Part shown: one piece after another, positions 1 to 10,923 of the stretch
How positions within the stretch are numbered: position 1 is the stretch's first letter
Layout of the letters: the number at the start of each line of letters is the position of its first letter
Origin: Malacoraja senta
Taxonomy: Eukaryota
Direction of reading: 5' to 3'
Assembly: GCA_038087875.1 (NCBI GenBank)
Contig: JAXLNO010000573.1
Location: forward strand, 186,001 to 250,000
Length of the DNA stretch: 64,000 nucleotides
Position numbers and translations under genes: made by a program
The notes under the pieces: generated by a model
Databases searched by the model: none
What the model was told of the DNA's origin: nothing
What the model saw: the letters and a program-made list of their open reading frames with translations, nothing else

Positions 1-3000
1 TTCAGATATATCGCCTACTTTACTTTGGGAATCTTTTAAAGCATACATTAGGGGTATTATAATTTCATATCAAGCTTTTCAAAATAAAAAGAATAAGAAT
101 GAACAAAGACAGTTAGAAGAACTTATTAGACAAATGGATATAGATAATGCTAAAGATCCAACAATAGATAAACATAATAAAATAATAATTTTAAAATTTA
201 AATTAAATAAATTATTATCTGCCAAACTTATAAGACTTTTTCAAATTACAAAACAAGAGCACTTTGAATTTGGGGATAAACCGCATAAACTTTTGGCTCG
301 CCAGCTAAAAAAACGAGAAAAGGAACATACTATACCAAAGATCAAATCAGATAAAGGGGAATTATTAACAACACCGAAGGATATTAATAAAAGATTTGCG
401 CAATTTTACGAGAATTTGTATACATCTAAAACGATAATTGATTCCAATAATATCACAAAGTTCTTGGATACCTGTAATCTTCCAAAGTTAGAGCTGAAGG
501 AACAAGAGGAACTGGGTGCACAAATCTCAATTAAGGAATTAGAAGATACAATAAACTCACTAAAAAATGGAAAAACACCAGGCCCTGATGGATTTACTAA
601 TGAATTTTATAAAAACTTTTATGAAAAAATAATACCAAGATTACAAAAAATGTACCAATACGCTTTTAAAAAACGAATACTACCTGATACATTAGCGGAA
701 TCAACGATTACATTAATACCTAAGAAAAATAAGGATTTAGAAGATCCTGGCTCACATAGAGCTATAGCATTGTTAAACACAGATCAAAAAATATTAGCGA
801 AAACATTAGCCAGAAGATTAAGTAAATACATTAGTAAATTAATAAACCCAGATCAGACAGGGTTTATCCCTAAGAGATACTCTTCTAATAATATGAGACG
901 TCTACTCAACATAATGCACTCACACAAATCTGAAGATCAAGAATTATCAATTATTTCGCTGGATGCTGAAAAAGCATTTGATCAAGTAGAATGGAATTAT
1001 ATGGATAAAGTATTACAAAAATTTCAACTGGGAGAGAATTTTATTTTATGGATTAAGTTACTATATAACAAACCTACAGCTAGAATACTTACTAATAACA
1101 TATTATCCTCGAAATTTCAACTATCAAGGGGAAATAGACAAGGATGCTCATTATCACCACAGCTGTTTGCTCTCGTTATTGAACCGCTAGCAGAAAAAAT
1201 TAGAATACACCCTGATATTCATGGATATAATACTAAAGACTCATATAATAAAATATCTTTATACGCGGATGATATATTATTGTATATTACAAAACCTCAA
1301 ATCACTATACCAAATATATTAAATTTAATTGAAGACTTCGGATCTTTTTCTGGATATAGAATAAATTGGAATAAAAGTGAAATTATGTCAATAAAACCGA
1401 AAGATTCAACACATCTTTTAAAATTCCCTTTTAAAATAGCTACAGAAAAATTTAAATATTTGGGAATCGAAATTACCAGAGCATATCAAGGTATGCTCAG
1501 GGCAAATTTTGACCCCCTACTTAATAAACTGAATACATTAATTAAATTCTGGAAAACGCTTCCGATGTCTTTAATAGGCCGAATAAACGCAATAAAAATG
1601 ATCTTTTTACCACAAATTTTATACCTATTTCAATCAATTCCTATATACTTACCTAAGAAGTTTTTTAAAAAACTCGACTCAGATATCACTAATTTTATAT
1701 GGGACTATAAATCACATAGAATACAAAAAACCCATCTGAATAAATCTAAAGTATTGGGGGGTCTAGCACTACCTAATTTTATGTATTATTATTGGTCAGT
1801 AAATATTAAAAACATGATTCAACTGATGGATAACTCCGCCCAGCAAGTAGACTGGATTGTAATGGAGAAAGAGGATTGCTCCTCTAGAAACATTGGAGCG
1901 ATCCTCCTCTCTCCAATGAAATTGAATAACATAAACTATAATAAGAACCCAATTATTCATAGTACAATCCGTATTTGGAAACAAATAAAACAAAATTTAA
2001 AATTAAGAAACTTATCACTTTTATTACCTATAGTCAATAACCCTTCGTTTAGTCCTTCTATTATAGATAAAGCTTATACACAATGGGATAGACTAGGAAT
2101 TAAAACGCTTGGTGACTTGTATGAAACTGGAAAATTACTTTCATTTCAACAATTACAAATAAAATATAATCTCGGAAATAATCAATATTTTAAATACTTT
2201 CAAATATGCGACTATTTGAAAAAATATATAAAAGATCATCATAATAACCCAGCAGATGTACTGGACGAGGCAATGCAGACAAAAGCGGAATCAGCAAACT
2301 TAATATCATATTTGTACAATATTATCTTAAATGTACAAATACCATCTACGGAGGGTATCAGAAGAGACTGGGAACAAGAGTTAGCTATTAAAATTTCAAA
2401 GGAAAGTTGGAATGAATACTTATTAAAAGTACATAAATGCTCGATTAATGTAAGACACACTTTAATACAATTTAAAATTTTACATAGATTATATTATTCG
2501 AAAACTAAAATTCATAAAATTTTCCCAAACGTATCATCTATTTGTGATAAATGTCAATCCCAAGAAGCAACTATAGCGCACTCATTTGTCTTCTGTACAA
2601 AAATTCAAAAATTTTGGAATGAAATTTTTGAAATCTTTACAAAGTTATTTAAAACAAGACTGATACCCAAAGCAGAATGGATTATCTTCGGAATAACGGA
2701 AGATGATCCAGAACTAAATGTGTTTCAAAAGAAATTAATGGATTATGGGTTAATAACTGGAAAAAAGCTAATTCTAAAATTTTGGAAGAAGGCTCCAATA
2801 CCAACTATAAATATGTGGATTTCAAATATGTTTGAAACACTACACCTTGAAGAGATAAGACTCCTCCTAGCAGGTAAACCAGATCACTTCCACCTGACGT
2901 GGTCTGCATTTATAGAATTATTACAAACATAGGGTGCAAAAGTACTTTAAAAAAAATAAAAAATTGAGGTCGGGTAAGGGGGGATGATAGTTGAAGAGTT

Positions 3001-3358
3001 GGTATGTCCTATTTACGTGATGCTCAAAAAAAAAAAACATTTGTTTTTCTTTTTTTCTCTCTCTCTTTTCTTTTCTTAGGGCCTATTTCTTAACTCTTTT
3101 TTTTTTTGTTTTTAATTTCGCTTTCATAGGGTCCACGTCCTTTTTTTTTTTTGTTGTTACATTTTCTACACTTTTCTACACTTGCACTTTTTCCTTCACT
3201 TTCTTCTCTCTTTCAATCTTTTCTTTCTTTAGCGTAAAAAAAAATAAATAAAGGGAGTACATTAATTGTAAGAAGATATAAATGACGAGTATTAATGTAT
3301 GTGGCTGTGATGTAATGTACTTCTAATAAATAAAAATTAAAAAAAAAAAAGAAAAAAA
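1..3358 (+). mobile_element. L1-clade LINE (5' part lies outside the window): ORF2, T-rich 3' UTR, AATAAA and A-rich tail
   Basis: Long RT ORF, then T-rich UTR 2933-3320, then tgtacttctAATAAAtaaaaattaaaaaaaaaaaa ending ~3358. Confidence 0.95.
2..2932 (+). CDS. L1 ORF2p, partial (RT plus C-terminal Cys/His region); frame is open from position 2, upstream of the called Met at 134
   Basis: Frame 2 reads SDISPTLLWESFKAYIRG into ORF 134..2932; motifs GKTPGPDGF, LDAEKAFD, RQGCSLSP, YADD (1262-1273), KYLGI, CDKC..HSFVFC. Confidence 0.93.
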   Translation, partial: SDISPTLLWESFKAYIRGIIISYQAFQNKKNKNEQRQLEELIRQMDIDNAKDPTIDKHNKIIILKFKLNKLLSAKLIRLFQITKQEHFEFGDKPHKLLARQLKKREKEHTIPKIKSDKGELLTTPKDINKRFAQFYENLYTSKTIIDSNNITKFLDTCNLPKLELKEQEELGAQISIKELEDTINSLKNGKTPGPDGFTNEFYKNFYEKIIPRLQKMYQYAFKKRILPDTLAESTITLIPKKNKDLEDPGSHRAIALLNTDQKILAKTLARRLSKYISKLINPDQTGFIPKRYSSNNMRRLLNIMHSHKSEDQELSIISLDAEKAFDQVEWNYMDKVLQKFQLGENFILWIKLLYNKPTARILTNNILSSKFQLSRGNRQGCSLSPQLFALVIEPLAEKIRIHPDIHGYNTKDSYNKISLYADDILLYITKPQITIPNILNLIEDFGSFSGYRINWNKSEIMSIKPKDSTHLLKFPFKIATEKFKYLGIEITRAYQGMLRANFDPLLNKLNTLIKFWKTLPMSLIGRINAIKMIFLPQILYLFQSIPIYLPKKFFKKLDSDITNFIWDYKSHRIQKTHLNKSKVLGGLALPNFMYYYWSVNIKNMIQLMDNSAQQVDWIVMEKEDCSSRNIGAILLSPMKLNNINYNKNPIIHSTIRIWKQIKQNLKLRNLSLLLPIVNNPSFSPSIIDKAYTQWDRLGIKTLGDLYETGKLLSFQQLQIKYNLGNNQYFKYFQICDYLKKYIKDHHNNPADVLDEAMQTKAESANLISYLYNIILNVQIPSTEGIRRDWEQELAIKISKESWNEYLLKVHKCSINVRHTLIQFKILHRLYYSKTKIHKIFPNVSSICDKCQSQEATIAHSFVFCTKIQKFWNEIFEIFTKLFKTRLIPKAEWIIFGITEDDPELNVFQKKLMDYGLITGKKLILKFWKKAPIPTINMWISNMFETLHLEEIRLLLAGKPDHFHLTWSAFIELLQT

Positions 3359-3519
3359 CACTTAGACAGGTACATTGACAGGAAAGGTTTGGGGGGATTC
3401 GACCAGGCATAGGCAAGTGCACTAGCTCAGTTGAAGCATCTTGTTTGGCATGGATTAGTTGGGCATGTTTCTTTGGGATCACAACAAAGGGGATGCTTAC
3501 ATAAAACTGGAAAATTCAG

Positions 3520-4175
3520 TGTTCATAGCATCATGTTATGGACTATTCAGGCACAATATGAGGTATTGTTCCTCTAGGTTTCACTCTGATGATGGAGAAG
3601 GCTGAGGACACAGGTTGGTGTGGGAATGGGAAGGGGAACTGAAATGGCATGCAATTGGGATCTCAGGATGGCCATTGTAGACAGGTGATTTGCAAATCCT
3701 TCACCGAATCTTGCTGAAGTAGACAAACACCCAATGAAGTTGAGGAAATTGGAGGAGGTGATGAGTGGCCAGGGAGTCATGGAGGGAATGGACTCGGTGG
3801 AAGTTAGAAAGTGGTGGGAAGGAGATGATGTGACCAGTGGTGGAATCTTGTTGCAGGTGGAGGAAATGATAACAACGATGTGGTGGATGCTGTGGGGTGA
3901 GAGGTGAGTGCTGGGAAATCTTCATCTCTGTTCGGTCTGGGGGGAGATGCAGTGAGAGCAGAAGTCCAAGAAACAGAGGAGTGTGAGTGAGGTTCCATCG
4001 GCCACAGTAGAGGCGAAGCCATGGTTCCTGAAAAAAGATAACATTTCCGATGTCCTGGAATGGAAGCCTTCATCCTGAGAGCAAATGTGGTGGAGATGTA
4101 GGAACTATGGGAAAAGGGATGGCATCCATATAAGCGACAAGGGTGAAGAGGTTTTATCAAGGTGGCTGTGGGAAA
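3520..4175 (-). mobile_element. Degenerate Penelope-like element 3' fragment (RT thumb to GIY-YIG region)
   Basis: Reverse complement resembles the intact element at ~42470-43320 (e.g. tgctctcaggatgaaggcttccattccaggacatcggaaatg vs tgctcccaggatgatgcgttccacaccagggcatctgaaatg); frameshifted. Confidence 0.75.
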
Positions 4176-4471
4176 ATGTAGTCAATACTTTGAAATATAC
4201 TACTGTCCTTTAGTCACTGATACTAAATTCTGGAACTCGCTGATCAACCTTACTGTTGGGTACCAGAAGGTCCGCAGTGGTTCAAGGAGGTGATGCACAA
4301 TTTCAGTGACAAATTAATACTGACAATATATATACTGACCTTACCAAGGATTGCCATATCCCAAAAAATCAATCAGACACTTGATAATATCAAAAGTGAA
4401 ATATTACAGGAACTACAAATTTGAAAGAAATAACAGGAGTGTTCGAAATATTCAGAAGCTCACGCAATGGT

Positions 4472-5660
4472 GGGCAGCACCGTGGCACAGTGGTAGAGTT
4501 GCTGCCTCATAATGGCAGAGACAAGGGTTCGATCCTGCTTATGGGTGCCAGCCAGCAGTCCTGCCAGCAGCGTGTTTGTTTTTTCTACTTTTTTTGTTTT
4601 TTTAGTGTGTCTTAATGTATGTTTTTAATGTCTCTCGGTGTTTCTTGTGTGGGGGGTGGTGTGGGGGGGTAAGGGGGAAACCGTTTTGGTCGCCTCCTCC
4701 ATGGAAAGGCGACTTTTTCCATGTCGCCTCCCCCGTGGCCTAACATCAAGGATCGGTGCGGCCTTTCCCAGAGACGTGCCCGGGGCTTCAGCTGCGGGCG
4801 CTGTGCGTACTCTCGTCGCGGAGCGGGCGAGCCCTCACCGGGGTTCACCAGAGGGGAGCGCTCTGTTTGCTGGCCAGCTGCGGTCTGCGGAGCTCCAGCT
4901 GGCGGCGTCTGGAGCCTGGGATCCTTCGTTGGGGACCCCGTAGGAGAAGAGCTTCAACCGCCCGCGGCCTACTTCTACCGCGGGCGCGGCGGGAACTTAC
5001 CATCCGGAGCGGGGTCCCTCGCCTGGGATCCCTGGAGAGGAGCTCCAACTGCCGGCCTTGCCGTCTGCGGTGCTTCTGGCTGCGGCGCAGCGGGGACTTT
5101 AAATCTTCGACCGCCGGCCTGCGGCCTACACCATCCTGAAGCCGTGGTCTCCGGTGGGGAAGCACCGATTGTGGACTTACCTGGACTTACCTTGTCTGAA
5201 CATCTGGACGCCTGCAGCGGCAACTGTGAGGGGTTGAGGTCCCGACCACGGGGGAAAATGGAGGAGGACTGGCCAAATTTTGTGCCTTCCACCACAGTGA
5301 TGAATGCTGTGGTGGATGTTTGTGTTAAATTTTTATTGTGTATTGTGTGTTCTTTTTTTATTGTACCGCTGCTGGCAAATTCATTTAACTTGCACTTTAT
5401 GTGCAAGTGACGAATAAAACTTGACTTGACTTGACTTGACTTGTCTGTACGGAGTTTGCACATTCTCCCTTTGACCACGTGGGTTTTCTCAGGGTGCTCC
5501 AGTTTCCTCCCACATCCCAAAGGCGTAGGTTAATTGGCTTCTGTAGATTGTCCCTATGTGTTTAAGGTAGAACTAGTGTACGGGCGTATGCGGGTCAACG
5601 TGCACTCGGTGGGCTGAAGGGCTTGTTTCCATGCTGTATCTCCAGTCTAAACTAAACTAA
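4472..5660 (+). mobile_element. tRNA-derived HE1-like SINE, split by an insertion at 4549-5441
   Basis: Box A/B-like head tggcacagtggtag ... gggttcgatcct (4472-4548); body resumes at 5442 (tgtctgtacggagtttgca...ggtgctccagtttcctcccaca); ends (ctaaa)n. Confidence 0.8.
4549..5441 (+). mobile_element. GC/CpG-rich non-coding retroposon ending in a hairpin, AATAAA and (CTTGA)n; probably non-autonomous
   Basis: Cleanly interrupts the SINE between gggtgc and tgtctg; 3' end gtgacgaataaaa(cttga)4; no recognisable protein motif in the overlapping ORFs. Confidence 0.7.
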
Positions 5661-5939
5661 ATGATACATGTAGAAAAAGAGACCGGTTTTAACAATTGTT
5701 CTACAAATTGTTGACTATATCTTCAATCCCTACTCTTCTCCTGTTTGAGGTATCTCAGTGAACCTTACATTGGATGTTTTATTGACATAATTTATACGAT
5801 CAATGGCCTGGATCTTGTATCCAAATGCAAATGTTAAATTTCCATGAAAATGAAAAATTGCCGAATTTAAATGATCTGCATTCAGAAAACTTGCAATACT
5901 GACTGCAGTGCGTTTGAATTTATCAAGAAGAGATACATA

Positions 5940-6132
5940 TAGAAATACACAGAAAAAGCTGGAGTAAGTCAGCGGGACAGGCAGCATCTCTGGAGAGAAG
6001 ATATGGCTGAGGTCTCGACCCGAAACTTCACCCATTCCTTCTCTCCAGAGATGCTGCCTGTCCCGTTGAGTTACTCCAGCTTTTTGTGTCTATCTTTGGT
6101 TTAAACCAGCATCTGCAGTTCCTCCTTACACT
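5940..6132. repeat. Fold-back element made of two inverted Penelope-type 3' terminal repeats
   Basis: aaaaagctggagtaagtcagcgggacaggcagcatctctggagagaag is the reverse complement of cttctctccagagatgctgcctgtcccgttgagttactccagcttttt; similar to 43470-43529. Confidence 0.75.
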
Positions 6133-6512
6133 TTATAGATATAGATATATACATGTCACGTTATCATTTCTATTTTAACACCTTTGTAAAGTTGAGCCAT
6201 TTAAATTCGCAAGCCAATTAAAGTTAAACACCTACCCGAAAAACAATTTGTGAATCTTAATGTCGCAATTTCAATTCCATTCTGTTTTGCATATTTTATT
6301 TTAATTGTCACCAAATCTTTTTTACATTTCCCCCTTAATGACCTCTTCTAAATTTAATTTGGGTGTATTTCCCAACCAACTAACCTTTCCCTGTAATTAC
6401 ATGCTGTTGTAATTAGTTTTTCCTGCCTTACTGTACAAATGTACAGTTTTCAACATGATGTTGGATTTAATTCATGCAAACTGAATCTGCAGGATTAATT
6501 AGTGTAATGTTT

Positions 6513-7360
6513 ATCCATATAACCATATAACAATTACAGCACGGAAACAGGCCATCTCGGCCCTTCTAGTCCGTGCCGAACACTTACTCTCACCTAGTCC
6601 CATCTTACCTGCACTCAGATCATAACCCTCCATTCCTTTCCCGTCCATATACCTATCCAATTTATTTTTAAATGATAAAATCGATCCTGCCTCCACCACT
6701 TCCACTGGAAACTCATTCCACACAGCTATCGCTCTCTGAGTAAAGAAGTTCCCCCTCATGTTACCCCTAAAATTTTGTCCCTTAATCCTCAAATCATGTC
6801 CTCTTGTTTCAATCTTCCCTACTCTCAATGGAAAAAGCTTATCCACGTCAACTCTGTCTATCCCTCTCATAATTTTAAAGACCTCTATCAAGTCCCCCCT
6901 TAACCTTCTGTGCTCCAAAGAATAAAGACCTATCTTGATCAACCTTTCTCTGTAACTTAGATGCTGAAACCCTGGCAACATTCTAGTAAATCTCCTCTGT
7001 ACTCTCTCTATTTTGTTGACATTTTTCCTATAATTTTGCGACCAAAATTATACACCATACTCCAGAATTGGCCTCACCAATGCCTTGTACAATTTTAACA
7101 TTACATCCCAACTTCTATACTCAATGCTTTGATTTATAAAGGCCAGCACACCAAAAGCTTTCTTTACCACCCTATCTACATGAGATTCCACCTTCAGGGA
7201 ACTATGCACAGTTATTCCTAGATCCCTCTGTTCAACTGCATTCCTCAATTCGCTACCATTTACCATGTACATCCTATTTTGATTTGTCCTGCCAAGATAT
7301 CACACTTATCAGCATTAAACTCCATCTGCCATCTTTCAGCCCACTCTTCCAAATGGCCAA
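6513..7360 (-). mobile_element. CR1 LINE 3' fragment
   Basis: Minus ORFs with LVRPILEYGV, LSYRERL, LRGDLIEVFKI, TRGH, FFTQR; (ttatatgg)n tail. Confidence 0.88.
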
Positions 7361-7741
7361 AATATGGGAGATGACTGACATGGCTGAAAGAAGGACCATG
7401 AAAGGTGACATATGGCTTTAGCTGCTGGATTACATTACCTGAGCACGTGGAACACAAGGAAGGATGTTATTGTGATCTCTCTCTTCCACTTCTAAAACAT
7501 TTACTTTTGAATTGCTAGTAAAACACAAAGTACTTGTGCTAACATAGGACTGAGATATGGACCTGGAAACTGCCAACCAAATTCTGATGCCTCACCCAAG
7601 TGATGTTTTTTTTTTGTGAGTTTGGATGGAAAAGAGCCATTTCTCAAATTCCTTCCTCTACTTCACTCAACATGACATGACCTATACTTAGACCATCCTC
7701 TCATAAACATTTAGATTATTGGGAAATGAATCACAGTGATA

Positions 7742-8090
7742 GACTCATAGAGTCATACTGCATGGACACAGGCTGTTTATTCCAGCTACACTAGCTTACT
7801 CCAGCTACACTAGTCACACCTGCTTGCGTTTGGTCCATATCCTTCCAAACCTGTCCTATCCCATATACCTGCCTAACTGTTTCTTAAATGTTGGAATAGT
7901 CCCAGCCTCAACTACCTCCTCTTGAAGTTTGTTCCATACACCCACCAACCTTTGTGTGAAAAAGTTGCCCCTCAGATTCCTATTCAATCTTTCCCCCTTC
8001 ACCTTAAACCTATGTCCTCTGGTCCTCGATTCACCTACTCTGGGCAAGAGACTGTGTGCATCTACCCGATCTGTTCCTCTCATGATTTTA
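7742..8090 (-). mobile_element. CR1 LINE 3' fragment (second subfamily)
   Basis: ORF 7856..8083 ESRTRGHRFKV..NFFTQRLVGVWN; ctctatga-type tail. Confidence 0.8.
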
Positions 8091-8175
8091 ATCAGGTGTT
8101 TGAATCACATGCATGACCACCAAAGTAATATAGGATAAGCGTAATTTATAAAATCTGTTTATTTCAGTTGAACAT

Positions 8176-8272
8176 CTGAAGAAGGGTCCCGACCCGAAAC
8201 GTCACCTATTCCTTTTCTCCAGAGATGCTGCCTGACCTCCTGAGTTACTCCAGCATTTTGTGTCTATCTTCA
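8176..8272 (+). repeat. Solo Penelope-type terminal repeat with hammerhead-like core
   Basis: CTGAAGA-A-GGGT-CCCG-ACCC-GAAAC-GTC at 8176-8203, followed by agatgctg...ctgagttactccagcattttgtgtctatct. Confidence 0.75.
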
Positions 8273-9220
8273 AATATCATTTGGTATCCACATGCCTTCT
8301 CCATAAATCTGGCATTTCCTTTGCACAAGACTACTTATTGTGGAAGGCTTGTATCAAAAGAGAATAATAAAAATCAGTGCTGCTACAGCAATGAAAGGCA
8401 TTCAATCTTAGTGAAATGTTGCATTTGAATGTTTATGTCCATAAGTTCTAGGAGCGGAATAAGACTATTTGGCCCATCAAGTCTACTCCGCCATTCAATC
8501 ATGGCTGATCTATCTTTCCCTCTCAACCCCATTTTCCAGTCTTTGCCCAATAACCCTTGACCCCTTTTTGTTTTGTCCTTCTCCTGATTATTTTGAGAAG
8601 TTTATTAATCCATGTTCACTTGCTATGGATTCAATTTCCATGTAATACCTTTTGCTCGTTCTCCATAATCTTCTAGAAAATTTCAGTGAACTCAGAAAAA
8701 AAACCCTGTAACTTTAATTTATGTAATTTTTTTTAGTTTTATGCAAGGGACTGCCTGAGAAATGGTAAAAGAATTTTAAGCCTCTGGCACTGCTATTTCT
8801 GTGCTTCTCTTAAGCTACATTACATTTATGTTTGTCATTGTTGAATGGTGACTTTACTGTACAGTCACCATATGTAATATTTTGCTTTTTATAATGTTAT
8901 TGCTTGAAATCCAATCTGTCCAGTCCATTACTGAGAGTGTTCAGCATCTGATCGAAACAGAAATTAGTTGTATGCTGCTGTATGTTCTGGACAAAGTTAT
9001 GGTCGTCTTGACAAATCAATTTGCAGGACACATTTTACATAGATAATAGCCCTTAAGATAAATAAAATAGCCCTATTCTTCATATCATTTTAACCCTAAA
9101 GTCCAAGGTTGTTACAAAGAAACTTGCAAGGTGACAGCCTTGCTGGCCTTGTGAGGTTTTTTTTGGCTGTTTCATCCGAAAGCAATGCATCTGGCAGCAA
9201 ACAATGCATCAGGTGATCAA

Positions 9221-9345
9221 TAAGGGTCAGAACCCAAAACGTCACCCATTCCTTCTCTCCAGAGATGCTGCTTGTACCACTGAGTTACTCCAGCAATTTG
9301 TGTCTATCTTCGGTGTAAACCAGCATCTGCAGTTCCTTCCTACAA
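9221..9345 (+). repeat. Penelope-type terminal repeat with 3' tail extension
   Basis: aagggtcagaacccaaaacgtcaccc...ctgagttactccagc...ccagcatctgcagttccttcctac. Confidence 0.7.
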
Positions 9346-9544
9346 AATGAAAATTGATATTTAGTTTGAGTAAGTCTACCTTTGGATTAAATATAACAGT
9401 TGTGCTATGGACTGATCTTTTGGCCTATCTAGAAAGATTTGCTTCAGGGTAATGTTTATGCATTGGCACTTACTGCTTTATTGATCAGGTTGGAACAAAG
9501 AATTTGACAGCGGGCAGCATTGATCAGGACTGTACTCATATCAT

Positions 9545-9950
9545 GTGTAGGAAGGAACTGCAGATGCTGGTTTACACCGAAGATAGACACATAATGCTGG
9601 AGTAATGCACATTATGCACAAGAAGATAGACACATAATGCAGGCAGCATCTCTGGAGAAAAGGAACAGGTGATGTTTTGGGTTGAGGCCCTTCTTCAGAA
9701 TGAGAGTCAGGGGAGAGGGAGACAAAGAGATAACCAAGTGTAGGGTGTGAAAACGAGATATCAAAGGGGATGATGTTCAAATAAAATGTAGAATAGATCA
9801 TTGTTAGCTAGGAGAAGGTGGCAACGAAGCATACAGAGATAAAATTTAATCAGGGGGACAGTCAGACTGATCGGAGAACTGGGAAGGGGAGGGATGGAGA
9901 GTGAGGGAAAGCAAGAGTTACCTGAAGTTAGAGAAGTCAATATACTCAAT
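9545..9950 (-). mobile_element. Penelope-like element 3' end (end of ORF, 3' UTR, terminal repeat)
   Basis: Reverse complement runs attgacttctctaacttcaggtaa ... tctgaagaagggcctcaacccaaaacatcacc ... ccagcatctgcagttccttcctacac. Confidence 0.7.
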
Positions 9951-10437
9951 GAACTCATAACATTTCCACTCCCTGCTCAAAATTTCAGCAGATGAGCATT
10001 ATGCACTGATGTTAATCATGATTAGGCTGATAGTGTGCTAAATCATTTAAAGGTAATCACAACCAGCCTGCTGAAAGAAAAAATCAATTTTACATTCATT
10101 TGGATAAAAACCAAACAGGCGAGCTGTAAAAATGAAACAATTCAAGTAGAAAATCAGCCCCTCGTGTTACCGGTCCTTACAGCTTAGTTTTGGGGTGATC
10201 TAGGCGCTGTATCTGTTTCAAATTGGCCTCTCAAGTGCCCAGGTACAGCTGTGCCATGAAACGTGATGCATGTCATATTAGTTGGAGAACTGGTGCATGC
10301 AAAAAATGTGATGACTTGGCAGATCATAAAAGAAAACAGCAGGCAACGCTGATCTCAGCACTGCCATTTTGGAGCTCAGTGCTCCAATTAATGATAAGGA
10401 ATGAAATTCAGTCCCTTGCGAGGGATGACATAGAATC

Positions 10438-10577
10438 TTCTTCTTCTTGCGTATGGTGTGCACAGCCTAAAGTTGTAGGACAACTTGTTCTATTAGATCT
10501 TATTTGATTGTGCACGCCGGGTTGATTGCATTCGTCGAAACAGGGCGGACCACGTGAAGGTTGCAATCTTCCACCCC
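10438..10577 (-). mobile_element. 140-bp retroposon 3' end with (AAG)n tail, family uncertain (RTE-like tail)
   Basis: Flanked by the 10-bp duplication ACATAGAATC (10428-10437 and 10578-10587); ttcttcttctt at left end. Confidence 0.65.
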
Positions 10578-10603
10578 ACATAGAATCAGGAGATGTAGAG
10601 TCA

Positions 10604-10923
10604 CAGCCCTGTCCCACGGTACGAGTTCATTCCAAGAGCTCTCCCGAGTTTTAAAAAAATCAAACTCGTGGTAAGCACGGAGAATGAACGTAGCGGGTAC
10701 ATCGGTGCTCGGGGATGTCTCTTAGCACTAACGGCAGGTACTCGGGAAGACTCGCTAATGGCAGGTAAGCACGGGAAGACTCGTGAAGATTTTTCAACAT
10801 GATGAAAAATGTCCATGAGAGCCCCGAGTACCGACGAGTGGCCATTACCGTAAATCTCCGAGTTCGAATCAGGGCAAACTCGGGAAAACTCTTGGAATGA
10901 ACTCGTACTGTGGCACAGGGGTT
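10604..10923. mobile_element. PIF/Harbinger-like MITE
   Basis: ~48-bp imperfect TIRs (cagccctgtcccacggtacgagttcattccaagag / ctcttggaatgaactcgtactgtggcacaggggtt); TSD TCA at 10601-10603 and 10924-10926. Confidence 0.82.

Noticed and set aside
4472..4548. tRNA-like sequence with box A/B
   Set aside because: Head of a SINE that continues into the SINE body; no intact cloverleaf
4612..5520. Overlapping ORFs of 78-229 aa on both strands
   Set aside because: GC-rich repeat sequence with few stop codons; no recognisable domain
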